The notes: a model not told the origin generated them from the sequence alone. Shown: positions 50,076 through 59,790, counted from the stretch's first letter. The stretch: 64,000 nt of DNA from Acidithiobacillus sp. (GCF_023229925.1 NZ_JALNYM010000004.1:79998-143997); one strand, 5' to 3'. Numbers and translations: made by a program.

Positions 50076-50948
50076 ATGTCTAAGAAACATCCCGTCGTTG
50101 CCGTGACCGGTTCCTCAGGGGCGGGTACTACCACCGTCAAGCATGCCTTCCACGATATTTTTCGGCGCTTGAAAATTGATCCGGTCGTCATTGAAGGTGA
50201 CAGCTTCCATCGTTACAACCGGACGGAGATGCGCGAAGCCATTGCCAAGGCTGCGGCTGAGGGTAAAACTATCAGCCATTTCGGCCCGGAGGGCAACGAT
50301 TTTGAAGCGTTGGAGCGTCTGTTCCGCGAGTATGGTGAGAGCGGTCATGGACAGATGCGTTACTACGTCCACGACGAGCCCGAGGCAGAGTTGCGTGGCA
50401 GCGCACCCGGTACTTTCACCCCCTGGCAGGACATCCCCTCTGGTACTGATCTGCTGTTTTATGAAGGGCTGCATGGTGGTGTGAAGACAGACGATGTGGA
50501 TGTGACCAATTACGTTGACTTGTTAGTTGGTGTGGTGCCAGTGGTCAATCTGGAATGGATTCAGAAGATTCACCGTGACAATGCCCAGCGCGGCTACTCT
50601 GCCGAGGCGATCGTGGATACCATCCTACGTCGTATGCCGGATTACATCCACCACATTACCCCGCAGTTCTCACGTGCCCACATCAATTTTCAGCGGGTGC
50701 CGCTGGTGGATACGTCCAATCCCTTCATTGCCCGCGATATTCCGACACCGGACGAGAGCATGGTGGTCATCCGTTTCCGGGACCATAAGGAAGAGAATTT
50801 CCCCGCTCTCCTGCAGATGTTGCCGGGTAGTTTTATGTCTCGCTCCAATACCCTGGTGATCCCGGGGACCAAGATGGGCTTTGCGATGGAAATCATTCTC
50901 GGCCCGCGTATTGAACGGATGCTGGAGGATATGCATCACACGATCTGA
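50076..50948 (+). CDS. cbbP: Phosphoribulokinase (proteobacterial type, Calvin cycle)
   Basis: VTGSSGAGTTT, IEGDSFHRY, FYEGLHG and EWIQKIHRD motifs. Confidence 0.96.
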   Translation: MSKKHPVVAVTGSSGAGTTTVKHAFHDIFRRLKIDPVVIEGDSFHRYNRTEMREAIAKAAAEGKTISHFGPEGNDFEALERLFREYGESGHGQMRYYVHDEPEAELRGSAPGTFTPWQDIPSGTDLLFYEGLHGGVKTDDVDVTNYVDLLVGVVPVVNLEWIQKIHRDNAQRGYSAEAIVDTILRRMPDYIHHITPQFSRAHINFQRVPLVDTSNPFIARDIPTPDESMVVIRFRDHKEENFPALLQMLPGSFMSRSNTLVIPGTKMGFAMEIILGPRIERMLEDMHHTI

Positions 50949-50977
50949 GGGTGCGCAGGCTAAGCCTGTGACAGATG

Positions 50978-51007
50978 ATCCCGTGGTGGCGGCAGCCGCC
51001 GCGGGAT
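50978..51007. terminator. GC-rich hairpin between convergent cbbP and tRNA-Arg
   Basis: ATCCCGTGGTGGC / GCCGCCGCGGGAT stem. Confidence 0.55.
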
Positions 51008-51031
51008 TGCTGCTTTTGGCAGGGGAATATT

Positions 51032-51107
51032 TGGTGCCCCGAGCGCGAATCGAACGCGCGACCTACCGCTTAGGAGGCGGTTGCTCTATCCACTGAGCTA
51101 CCGGGGC
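51032..51107 (-). tRNA. tRNA-Arg(CCT)
   Basis: 76 nt GCCCCGGTAGCTCAGTGGATAGAGCA-ACCGC CT CCT AA GCGGT-AGGTCGCGCGTTCGATTCGCGCTCGGGGCACCA; full cloverleaf with encoded CCA. Confidence 0.97.
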
Positions 51108-51162
51108 TACGGCTCATATTCTAGCAAAAGGCACCAGCGTGCGGCGAGTACCTTTCGGGTGG

Positions 51163-52170
51163 TCAGGTAAGGGCGAAAAAGTAAGCCCCGTAACAGGCTC
51201 CATTGAAAAGAAAATGATAGGGCCGCAGGGTGACGCCGCGGCGCACCAGAAAATAAGTGTATCCCCCGGCCAGCAGCGTCAGCCCTGCGCCCAGCAGAAC
51301 GGGGGGGGAGGGCGACCAAGGGGTTAACAGTACCCCAATAGCGGGTAGCAGACTTCCCTGAAAGACCAGCGCCCCGGTGATGTTACCAAAAGCCAGTGTA
51401 TCCTTGCCGCGGCGAATCCAGAGGATGCTGTTGATCTTTTCCGGCAACTCCGTGGCGATGGGCACCACCAGCAAAGACAGGATCAGTGCAGAAATACTGA
51501 GCCAGTGCGAGAGCCCCTCAATCCCATCGACAAAGAGGTTGGCACCGAAGACAATCATGCCTAGCCCTATGGCAAGCTGGATCAAGATGACCGGCATCTT
51601 CGTGGGCAGGCCAGTCTTGCTCAAGTACAAGGCATGCCCTGCTTCGGTGCCGTGCCCCTCGGCGACCAGCGCCGCAGAGGCGCGCAAGGTCACCATCACA
51701 TACAGAAAGTACAGCGTGACCAGTCCCAGGCCGATGCTAATACGCGCCAGAGTGATGTGGTGGGGCACAAAGAGGGCAACGGCGGACAGACCAAAGGCGC
51801 ACAGAAACCAGCCAAGATCGCGACGCAAGCCCGTAGGTTCTGGATTTAACGCTCCGCGCCAGCCGCGTTGTGGCGATACAAACAGCGCCATCATAAACAA
51901 CGTCAGCGTGGACAGCATCATGGGGGCGCCCAGAATGGCGCCCACCCCCACCTCTTCCCCCAGGTGCGCCGGTTGCCCGCTGGTCGCAGCGAAAACTGCA
52001 ACAATAGGCACCATAGCCTCGGGAAGCGCCGTGCCCACCGCCGCAAAAATGGAACCGGTAACGCCCTCGGAAATACCCAGACGGTCGCCCAGGTGCTCCA
52101 GCGCGTTGGTGAACGCCTCGGCACCGGCGAGGATGATGATGAGGGCTGCGACCAGCAGGAGGATGTTCAT
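51163..52170 (-). CDS. Ca2+/cation (Na+/Ca2+ exchanger family) antiporter
   Basis: Two alpha-repeats (AVGTALPE and PIATELPE) and about 10 TM segments. Confidence 0.88.
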   Translation of the reverse strand: MNILLLVAALIIILAGAEAFTNALEHLGDRLGISEGVTGSIFAAVGTALPEAMVPIVAVFAATSGQPAHLGEEVGVGAILGAPMMLSTLTLFMMALFVSPQRGWRGALNPEPTGLRRDLGWFLCAFGLSAVALFVPHHITLARISIGLGLVTLYFLYVMVTLRASAALVAEGHGTEAGHALYLSKTGLPTKMPVILIQLAIGLGMIVFGANLFVDGIEGLSHWLSISALILSLLVVPIATELPEKINSILWIRRGKDTLAFGNITGALVFQGSLLPAIGVLLTPWSPSPPVLLGAGLTLLAGGYTYFLVRRGVTLRPYHFLFNGACYGAYFFALT

Positions 52171-52282
52171 GGGGGCATTATGCCACAGACTCTGCACCCC
52201 GCAATGCACTGTGGGATGAGTTCCAGTGCAGATTGCGGTTATACTCGCGGGATACACCCAGCCGGGCATTAGGAGAAGGACG

Positions 52283-52906
52283 ATGCAGAAGCTGTGCAGC
52301 TTTTTTGATCGGGACATTTACCATGTGGAAGGCGGACAGGGAAGCCCCGCCGTCTATTTCATGGCGGATAAAGATGCGGGCGGTATTCTCATTAACGCGC
52401 CGCGCTTTCGCCCTGATCTGCAAGCCGAACTGAGCGCCATCGCCCCCTTGCGGGTGCTTTTCCTGCCCAGTCGCTTTGGGGCGCAGGATGTCGCGCAATG
52501 GCAGGCGGCGGGCTGCAAGCTGGTGGCCCAGCCGGCGGAAGGTAAGGTGCTGGGCGTTCCTATTGATGTGCCACTGGATAGCAAGCTGCGCCTGACCCGC
52601 ACCATCGATTTTCTGCCTATGTCTGGACGTACGGCTGGGAGTTGCGCCATGCGCTTGCGTAACAAGCCGGGTGCCATCTTTTTTGGGCCGATCCTGGAAA
52701 GCAAAACGGCGGAGCAGTGGCCGACTCTGGTGCCACATGCTGACGATGTCTCCTGGGAGATGCGTCTCTTCGGTAGTCTGGGCTTGCAGGATGTTCGCTA
52801 TGCCTATGCCTTCACCGATACTTTTACGCCGGACCGGACCCCTATCGGGCCAGATGCCGACGCGGCCATCCAAACGCAGTTGCAGACGGTGCTGGATACT
52901 GACTGA
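52283..52906 (+). CDS. Hypothetical protein with degenerate metallo-beta-lactamase-like fold
   Basis: GGILINAP...LRVLFLPS...MSGRTAGSCAM...AIFFG follows the MBL-fold spacing without the His ligands; AGGAGAAGGA upstream. Confidence 0.6.
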   Translation: MQKLCSFFDRDIYHVEGGQGSPAVYFMADKDAGGILINAPRFRPDLQAELSAIAPLRVLFLPSRFGAQDVAQWQAAGCKLVAQPAEGKVLGVPIDVPLDSKLRLTRTIDFLPMSGRTAGSCAMRLRNKPGAIFFGPILESKTAEQWPTLVPHADDVSWEMRLFGSLGLQDVRYAYAFTDTFTPDRTPIGPDADAAIQTQLQTVLDTD

Positions 52907-53004
52907 GTTCAGTCATTTGTCGACGTAGCCAAAAATCGCTGCAAGTTATCTATAATTGGCGTATAGTGCGGACGCTGAATTCCCTTCGTTGTCCAGGTGT
53001 GCTC

Positions 53005-54849
53005 ATGTCTCAAGAATCCGATCTCCGCTTTATTGATTTTGCCCTCGCTGAACCGATCCAAAAAGCGGTGACAGAGATCGGCTACGAACAGCCATCGCCC
53101 ATTCAAGCGCAGAGTATCCCGCCGCTGCTGGAGGGGCGCGACGTTATCGGTCTGGCGCAGACCGGTACCGGCAAGACGGCGGCATTTGCTTTGCCGCTGT
53201 TAAGCCGTGTCGATCTTGGTCTGCGCGTGCCGCAGTTGCTGGTGCTGGCACCGACCCGGGAACTCGCCATACAAGTAGCTGAGGCCATGCAAAGTTATGC
53301 TAAGTTCCTCCCCGGGTTCCATGTGCTGCCCATCTATGGCGGACAGTCCATGACCTTGCAGCTCAAGCAGTTGCAGCGAGGTGTGCAGGTTGTAGTGGGT
53401 ACGCCCGGGCGCATTCAGGATCACCTGCGCCGCAAAACCCTGCGTCTGGACCAGTTGCAGGCCGTGGTGCTGGATGAGGCCGACGAAATGCTGCGCATGG
53501 GTTTCATTGACGCGGTGGAGGATATTCTCAAACACACGCCCGATGGTCGGCAGGTGGCACTCTTCTCCGCGACTATGCCGGATGCCATCCGCCGCATTGC
53601 TAAAACCTATTTGCACGATCCCCTGGAAATCCGTGTTAAATCGGCGACGACTACGGTGGCCGCCATTCGTCAGCGCTATTGGCAGGTCAGCGGTACCCAC
53701 AAGTTGGATGCTCTTACTCGTATTTTGGAAGTAGAGGAGAGCAACGCCTGGCTGGTTTTTGTGCGCACCAAAACGGCGACGGTAGAGTTGGCGGAGCGCC
53801 TGGAAGCGCGCGGTTATGCCTGTGGCGCCCTCAATGGCGATCTCAGTCAAGCCTTGCGCGAACAGACCATTGAGCGCCTGAAGGCGGGGACGTTGGATAT
53901 TGTCGTTGCGACCGATGTAGCGGCCCGTGGCTTGGATGTCGAACGGATCACCCATGTGATCAACTACGATATTCCGAACGACACCGAAGCCTATGTTCAC
54001 CGCATTGGACGCACGGGACGTGCCGGACGTGCCGGGGACGCTATTCTCTTTGTTGCGCCGCGCGAACGTCACTTGCTGCGTGCCATCGAGCGGGCGACGG
54101 GTCAGACAATCACGGCCATGCATCTGCCCAGCATGGAAGATGTCGCAGATCGGCGGATGAGCCAGTTCAAGGATCAGTTGTCGGACGTATTGAATAGTCA
54201 GGATCTGGCGGTTTTTGAATCCCTCATTGCGGATTATCAGCAGGAAAACGATGTGGGTTTGGGAGAAATCGCTGCGGCGCTGGCTTACATGGTGCAGAAA
54301 GAGCGGCCCTTGATTCCCATTGAGGCCGCAGTATCCAAGCCGATGCGCAGCGACTCCGTCAGTTCGGGTCGGCCGCCCTCATCACGTCGTCGCTCTGAAG
54401 ACGATCGGGGCGCACGGCCGCCGCGCGGTGGTGCCACATTGGGAGGGGAGGATGTGCCTATGCGTCGCTTCCGTCTGGACGTGGGTGAAAGCCATGGTGC
54501 GCAAGTCAAAAATATTGTGGGTGCGATCGCCAATGAGGCAGGGATACCCAGCCGCAATATTCGCAAGGTACAGATTAACGCGGAGCATACCACTGTTGAG
54601 CTTCCCGCAGATATACAGCCGTCGGTTTTACAGCATCTGCAAAAGGTGTGGGTCGCTGGACGGCCTTTGCAGATCGCCCCGACCGATGCTGGTGTGCCTG
54701 TGGGGCGTGCGCCTGCCAAGCCGCGTCCAGCCGCGCGTGAAGAGCAGCGGGTACCGCGCAAGATACTTTCGGCTAAACCGGCAAAAAGTGAGTATAAATC
54801 GAAGGATCGTAGCGCTGGTGCAGCAAAGCGAAAGAAGCCCGCGCGCTAG
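53005..54849 (+). CDS. deaD: DEAD-box RNA helicase DeaD/CsdA
   Basis: Q motif, AQTGTGKT, PTRELA, DEAD, SAT, HRIGRTGRAG and a DbpA-type RNA-binding domain. Confidence 0.95.
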   Translation: MSQESDLRFIDFALAEPIQKAVTEIGYEQPSPIQAQSIPPLLEGRDVIGLAQTGTGKTAAFALPLLSRVDLGLRVPQLLVLAPTRELAIQVAEAMQSYAKFLPGFHVLPIYGGQSMTLQLKQLQRGVQVVVGTPGRIQDHLRRKTLRLDQLQAVVLDEADEMLRMGFIDAVEDILKHTPDGRQVALFSATMPDAIRRIAKTYLHDPLEIRVKSATTTVAAIRQRYWQVSGTHKLDALTRILEVEESNAWLVFVRTKTATVELAERLEARGYACGALNGDLSQALREQTIERLKAGTLDIVVATDVAARGLDVERITHVINYDIPNDTEAYVHRIGRTGRAGRAGDAILFVAPRERHLLRAIERATGQTITAMHLPSMEDVADRRMSQFKDQLSDVLNSQDLAVFESLIADYQQENDVGLGEIAAALAYMVQKERPLIPIEAAVSKPMRSDSVSSGRPPSSRRRSEDDRGARPPRGGATLGGEDVPMRRFRLDVGESHGAQVKNIVGAIANEAGIPSRNIRKVQINAEHTTVELPADIQPSVLQHLQKVWVAGRPLQIAPTDAGVPVGRAPAKPRPAAREEQRVPRKILSAKPAKSEYKSKDRSAGAAKRKKPAR

Positions 54850-54953
54850 CCGAACGAAAGAAAACCGGAATCGCGAAAGCCAGACCGGTAAAGTTACTTT
54901 TCCCCGCAGGGGGGGACGGATGGCTGAGAATGCTGCCACCCGTTGGACTTAAA

Positions 54954-55157
54954 TTAAGCCCGGCGGACCTTCTCGGCCTGCAAACCCTTCGGGCCACGAG
55001 TCACTTCAAAATTGACGCGCTCGCCTTCGGCCAGGGTCTTGAACCCCGTACCTTCAATAGCGGAGTGATGCACAAAGACATCTTCCTTGCCATCTTCCGG
55101 CGTAATGAACCCAAACCCCTTGCTGTCATTGAACCACTTCACTGTACCAACCGCCAT
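54954..55157 (-). CDS. Cold-shock protein (CspA family)
   Basis: [17 protein letters not shown] and DVFVHHSAI motifs. Confidence 0.96.
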   Translation of the reverse strand: MAVGTVKWFNDSKGFGFITPEDGKEDVFVHHSAIEGTGFKTLAEGERVNFEVTRGPKGLQAEKVRRA

Positions 55158-55259
55158 TTTACACCCCAAATTAATCAAAGATGGCCCAACTGGCCGTTGC
55201 CAAGGATAACATATCTACAGTCCGGTGCAAGTTTATATGCCTGACCAGGTCTTTAGTAT

Positions 55260-57422
55260 TCAGGTAATCAGTAAGGGGTCCACATCAAGCATCCAGCGCA
55301 CCTTTCTGGCGGAGTGAAGCTCGGCAAATTGTGGCAGCCAGAGTTTAAGCGCTTTTTGCATTTGGGCCCGACTTGGTGCTTGTATCCAGAGCTCTGCACG
55401 CTCGAATCCAGCACGACGCTCCATGAGCGACGGCGTCGGACCGCTGATCTCCACCAGAGTGGGCGGTGCGCATTGGCAGGCGGCCCTCAGGAATTCGTCT
55501 ACCCGGCACCGTTGGTGCGCCTCGGCACGCAGCAGGGTAAGGGCTCCAACGGGCGGTAGCCCCGCCGCCCGGCGTTCATCCAGGAGAGCCTGGGCCGGAG
55601 GGCGGTAGTCGCCCTGAGCGAGGCTTTGCAGTAAAGGATGTTCGGGTAGATGGGTCTGCAGTAGTACCTGGCCGGGTCGCTCTTCACGACCTGCGCGACC
55701 TGCGACTTGTAGAACGGTCTGCAGCAGTCGTTCAGGAGCCCGAAAATCAGCGCTGAACAGACCCTGGTCAGTATTGATAATACCGACTAGGGTGACGGCC
55801 GGGAAGTGGTGTCCCTTAGCCAGCATTTGGGTACCCACGAGGATGGCAGCACGATTCTGGCGAATGTCGGCGACCACCGTAGTGAGGGCATCGCGACCCT
55901 GTAGTGCGTCGCGGTCGATACGCCAAATGGGGGTCTGAGGAAAGCGCTGGCGAAGTACCTCCTCCAGTTGCTCCGTGCCTTGGCCTGCGGTGATTAGCGC
56001 CGCACTGCGGCAGGCGGGGCAGACTTGCGGCCAGCGTGATACGTGATTGCAATGATGACAGCGGAGGCGTTCCTGTTGACGATGCCAGGTCATGGGCGCG
56101 CTGCAACGAGGGCAGTGCACCACATGACCACAATCGTGGCAGAGCACTGCTGGGGCATAGCCGCGACGATTCAGGAACAGTAATACCTGGTTGCCTGCTT
56201 CCAGGGTTTCCTTACACGCCGTTAACAGCGTAGAGGAAATGCCACCCTGCAGGTTCTCGCGGCGCACTGGTACGATGGTCATCTTCGGCAATTCCGCTGA
56301 AGTGGCGCGCTGGCGCAGCTCCAAGTGTCGATAACGGCCCTTTTGCGCGTTGTAGAGACTTTCCAGAGAAGGGGTGGCAGAGCCGAGCACAATGGGAATG
56401 TTTTCCAGGCGCGCGCGCTGAATCGCAAGATCCCGCGCCGAATAATGCCAGCCGTTCTGCTGCTTGAAAGAGGGATCATGTTCTTCATCGACAACAATCA
56501 TGGCAAGACGGGGCAGGGGTACGAAAAGTGCCGAGCGGGTGCCAACGATGACCTGAATCTGTCCCGCTGCCGCCGCTGCCCAGATGCGCAAACGTTCGGC
56601 GTCGCCTTGTGCAGAGTGCAAGGCGGCTACGCGATGCTCGCCAAAACGCGTTTGGCAGCGTTCTACGAGTTGGGGGGCGAGGCCGATCTCCGGGACCAGA
56701 ATGAGGACCTGTGCCCCAGATGCCAGATGCGGTCGGATTGCTTCCAGATACACTTCTGTTTTACCGCTGCCGGTTACTCCCTCTAGTAACCACGCGTGGA
56801 AGCTTCCGGCCATGCGTAATTGCAATACGGCGCTTTCTTGCTCCGCGTTTAGGTCATATGGAGAGGGCGCCGCCTGTTCTGGTGAGATAACTTCCGTCAC
56901 CGCTTCTATCCAACCACGCCGGATGGCCTGCCGTAAAATGTGGCGTAATTCTTTGGGAATTTCTGCATCAGGCACAACACTCGTGGTGCCGAGCAATTCC
57001 CGGAGCGTTTGTTGCAATTTTCCGGGTTGGCGTGGTGCCGTCTGGGCCTCGATAGCACTGAGGCGGTAACCCCAGGGAGCCGGTTTTGGTAGCGGCCGTC
57101 CTTGACGCAGCAGGGTCGGCAAGGCGGTGGCCCAGGCATCGCCGAGCGGGTGATGGTAGTATGCCGCCCCGAACTCTATCAATTGCTGCAAGGCAATGGG
57201 TAAAATGGGATGCGCATCCAGAACCCGCTCGATGGTCTTTAGCGTTACATCGGGCGGGCAACTGGCGTAACCGAGAATGATGCCTACCCGACTGTTTTTG
57301 CCGAAAGGTACCCGCACCCGCATACCCGGCTGCAGATGGCCCTCCGACGGCGGGGCGTAAGAAAATATGCGGCGGAGCGGTACCATGACGGCGACCTGAA
57401 TGCATCTGGTTTCAGCGCTCAT
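55260..57422 (-). CDS. priA: Primosomal protein N' (replication restart helicase)
   Basis: GVTGSGKTEVY, VDEEHD, CxxC clusters, GTQMLAKGHHF and QVAGRAGR motifs. Confidence 0.96.
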   Translation of the reverse strand: MSAETRCIQVAVMVPLRRIFSYAPPSEGHLQPGMRVRVPFGKNSRVGIILGYASCPPDVTLKTIERVLDAHPILPIALQQLIEFGAAYYHHPLGDAWATALPTLLRQGRPLPKPAPWGYRLSAIEAQTAPRQPGKLQQTLRELLGTTSVVPDAEIPKELRHILRQAIRRGWIEAVTEVISPEQAAPSPYDLNAEQESAVLQLRMAGSFHAWLLEGVTGSGKTEVYLEAIRPHLASGAQVLILVPEIGLAPQLVERCQTRFGEHRVAALHSAQGDAERLRIWAAAAAGQIQVIVGTRSALFVPLPRLAMIVVDEEHDPSFKQQNGWHYSARDLAIQRARLENIPIVLGSATPSLESLYNAQKGRYRHLELRQRATSAELPKMTIVPVRRENLQGGISSTLLTACKETLEAGNQVLLFLNRRGYAPAVLCHDCGHVVHCPRCSAPMTWHRQQERLRCHHCNHVSRWPQVCPACRSAALITAGQGTEQLEEVLRQRFPQTPIWRIDRDALQGRDALTTVVADIRQNRAAILVGTQMLAKGHHFPAVTLVGIINTDQGLFSADFRAPERLLQTVLQVAGRAGREERPGQVLLQTHLPEHPLLQSLAQGDYRPPAQALLDERRAAGLPPVGALTLLRAEAHQRCRVDEFLRAACQCAPPTLVEISGPTPSLMERRAGFERAELWIQAPSRAQMQKALKLWLPQFAELHSARKVRWMLDVDPLLIT

Positions 57423-57426
57423 GGAG

Positions 57427-57625
57427 TTGCCCACAACTTCTGTGGATAAGTCTGTGTATGAACATCTTGAAAAGTCCCAGACTCCCTGTTCTTCAACGCG
57501 TTAGAGTAGACGCCTAAAAAAGGTGCAAAATAAAAGATAATAAAAAACAATATGTTAATAATTTACACCAAAAACATAGTGGGACCACCCCAGCTTGTCC
57601 CCGTGTATGAGTAAATTGTGTATAA
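57427..57625. promoter_or_regulatory. Cluster of DnaA boxes flanking an AT-rich core
   Basis: TGTGGATAA (57441-49) and TGTGTATAA (57617-25) match TTWTNCACA on the minus strand; near-boxes at 57427-35, 57453-61 and 57602-10; A-rich stretch at about 57515-57580. Confidence 0.65.
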
Positions 57626-57690
57626 GTTTGTCAACGGTTGCTTTCAAAGTGCTCTGGGTATGCACGGATGGCCAAAAAATGGTCAATCTT

Positions 57691-58593
57691 CTATAGTGCC
57701 GTCGGTAGAATGGGTACCCCGCACGGAGCCAGCCCGGCAACAATCCCCCAGAAGAGCAGCAAACCGATCCAGTTATTATGCAAAAAAGCGCGGAATGCCT
57801 GATCCCGGTCGCCGCCGAGCAGCGACTGCTCGTAGGCCGCGAGAACGGTGGCACCTGCCAAGGCGATCCAATAAGGCCAATGCATGCCCTGCTCAACGCC
57901 GATCCCGAAAAAAGTCATGAGCATGACGGCTTGCAGGCCAGCAACGGCGTGACGGTCAAAACGTCCAAAAAGAATGGCCGTCGACTTGATTCCGGCCTTG
58001 AGGTCGTCTGGACGGTCGGCCATAGCGTAGGCCGTGTCATAGGCGACGACCCAGCAGGCATTGGCCAGCATCAGCCACCAGGCGAGTGCCGGAACTTGCC
58101 CGAGGGTCGCGGCAAACGCCATGGGTATACCGAAGGAAAAGGCGATACCCAGATAAGCTTGCGGGAGGTGCGTGAAGCGCTTGAATAGCGGGTAGGTAAC
58201 AGTAATGAGCACGGCGCCCGCCGCTAACCATATGGTCAGCCAGTTGAGAAAGGGCAAGAGCGCTGCGGCTAGCAGGCAGAGAATAACGAACAGGCGCAGT
58301 GCTGCCCGCGAGGTGATCAGGCCTGTCGCCAGGGGGCGCTGGCAGGTACGGGCGACCTGACGGTCGAAATCGCGGTCAAAGTAATCATTGATCACACAGC
58401 CCGCTGAGCGCATCAACCAGGTGCCAACGGTGAAAATCAGGAAGTGATCGAGTGACGGAGTACCCCTAGCGGCCAGCCAGAGTCCCCAGTAGGTGGGCCA
58501 GAGCAGGAGCAGGGTGCCAATGGGACGATCCATGCGCATCAGGGCCACATAGGCGCGTAGGCGTTGGCGGAGTGGCGCCGGAGTCGCTTGCAT
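57691..58593 (-). CDS. ubiA: 4-hydroxybenzoate polyprenyltransferase
   Basis: RMDRPIGTLLLLWP, GCVINDYFDRDFD and YDTAYAMADRPDD motifs. Confidence 0.95.
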   Translation of the reverse strand: MQATPAPLRQRLRAYVALMRMDRPIGTLLLLWPTYWGLWLAARGTPSLDHFLIFTVGTWLMRSAGCVINDYFDRDFDRQVARTCQRPLATGLITSRAALRLFVILCLLAAALLPFLNWLTIWLAAGAVLITVTYPLFKRFTHLPQAYLGIAFSFGIPMAFAATLGQVPALAWWLMLANACWVVAYDTAYAMADRPDDLKAGIKSTAILFGRFDRHAVAGLQAVMLMTFFGIGVEQGMHWPYWIALAGATVLAAYEQSLLGGDRDQAFRAFLHNNWIGLLLFWGIVAGLAPCGVPILPTAL

Positions 58594-59108
58594 CAGCGTC
58601 GTCCTCGACCCGCCCAGCTTGGCAGGTCCGGCAGGAAATGCTCTTCGACCAGGACCCCGGTAGCACCGCGACGCAATACGGACCGCCTCTGCCAGCGGCG
58701 CTGGCCGAATCGTGGTTGGCTCTCGGCTTGAATCGGGGAGCGCCGCAAACGGCGGTGACGGAATAGGGTATTACCGATGGGGCGCGTGCCATGGCGGGTC
58801 AGCGGTAACAGACCGTGACGCAGTCCGCACAAAGGAATGGTCGTGCGCGCCCAGAGCGCCGGACGCATTGGGTCGCCACCGTGCAAGAGGACCTCGCGCC
58901 AAAAAATCTGCTCTCCGCGATGTAGGCGCAATATGCGGCGCTCGACCGGTGCAGGATTCGCGCGCCCGCTACCCAGCAGCAGCGCCTGCACCACATGCGG
59001 CTTTCCGTAAGCCCGTTGTAGCGCTGCAGTGAGAGAGGCTGGCAAGGTTAGCCAAGGCCATAGCGCACGAGGGGCATGGCGCAGGGGGGGCGGATTTTTG
59101 GTGATCAT
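58593..59108 (-). CDS. ubiC: Chorismate--pyruvate lyase
   Basis: WLTLPASLTAAL, REVLL, ARTTIP and PIGNTLF motifs; stop overlaps the ubiA start. Confidence 0.8.
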   Translation of the reverse strand: MITKNPPPLRHAPRALWPWLTLPASLTAALQRAYGKPHVVQALLLGSGRANPAPVERRILRLHRGEQIFWREVLLHGGDPMRPALWARTTIPLCGLRHGLLPLTRHGTRPIGNTLFRHRRLRRSPIQAESQPRFGQRRWQRRSVLRRGATGVLVEEHFLPDLPSWAGRGRR

Positions 59109-59205
59109 TTTGGAACAGGGCAGGGACCCATTGTCTGACGCGGCACTCTGTGTCTTTCGGTCATGCCTCATCATTCTCGCCCCTTTTTTTGTCAACGCGA
59201 CCAAA

Positions 59206-59790
59206 TCAGCACTGCTGGGGGGCGTGATAAATGAAGGCGTCTACCCGAGCCGGTGGCACATTGCGCCAGACCACGGCGACGCGTCGGCGGCGGAACTCCG
59301 GTGGCAAGCCCCGGCAGGAACTGCGGAAGTGGTAGGTAAACTGGATGAAGACCGTGCCGTGATGACTGATCCCCGGAAGTTGCTGAAAGATGCGCTCGAC
59401 GACTGCTTTGGGAATGCTGCGCAGCGGCAGACTGGACACCACGGCGCGGACCGGACCGCGATGCGCCACCAGGTGTTGAAGGTGCGCTGCGTCTCCTTCA
59501 ATGACCTCCACCTCGGGATAATGCTGGCGCAGGTGGCGGACCATGGCTGGCGCCTGCTCGACAAGAACCAGATCCCGCGGTGGAATGCCGCTTTCCAGCA
59601 AGGCCTTGGTGACCGGTCCCATGCCCGGCCCCAACTCCACCACCAGGCCGGGGCTGTGGGGCACCATGGCGGCCATACGGCGGGCGAGGAAGGGCGAACT
59701 GGGTAGCACCGCTCCAATGGCATGAGGGTCGCGTAAAAACTCGCGGGTAAAGTGCCAAGGCTGGGACATCGGCCCGGAAGATCGGGACAT
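59206..59790 (-). CDS. Class I SAM-dependent methyltransferase, phospholipid N-methyltransferase (PmtA-like)
   Basis: IGAVLPSSPFLA, VVELGPGMG, VSSLPL, FIQFTY and VWRNVPPARV motifs. Confidence 0.75.
   Translation of the reverse strand: MSRSSGPMSQPWHFTREFLRDPHAIGAVLPSSPFLARRMAAMVPHSPGLVVELGPGMGPVTKALLESGIPPRDLVLVEQAPAMVRHLRQHYPEVEVIEGDAAHLQHLVAHRGPVRAVVSSLPLRSIPKAVVERIFQQLPGISHHGTVFIQFTYHFRSSCRGLPPEFRRRRVAVVWRNVPPARVDAFIYHAPQQC

Noticed and set aside
51032-51107. Integrated element at tRNA-Arg(CCT)
   Set aside because: There is no integrase nearby, and I saw no duplicate of the tRNA 3' end in the window. The site appears empty.
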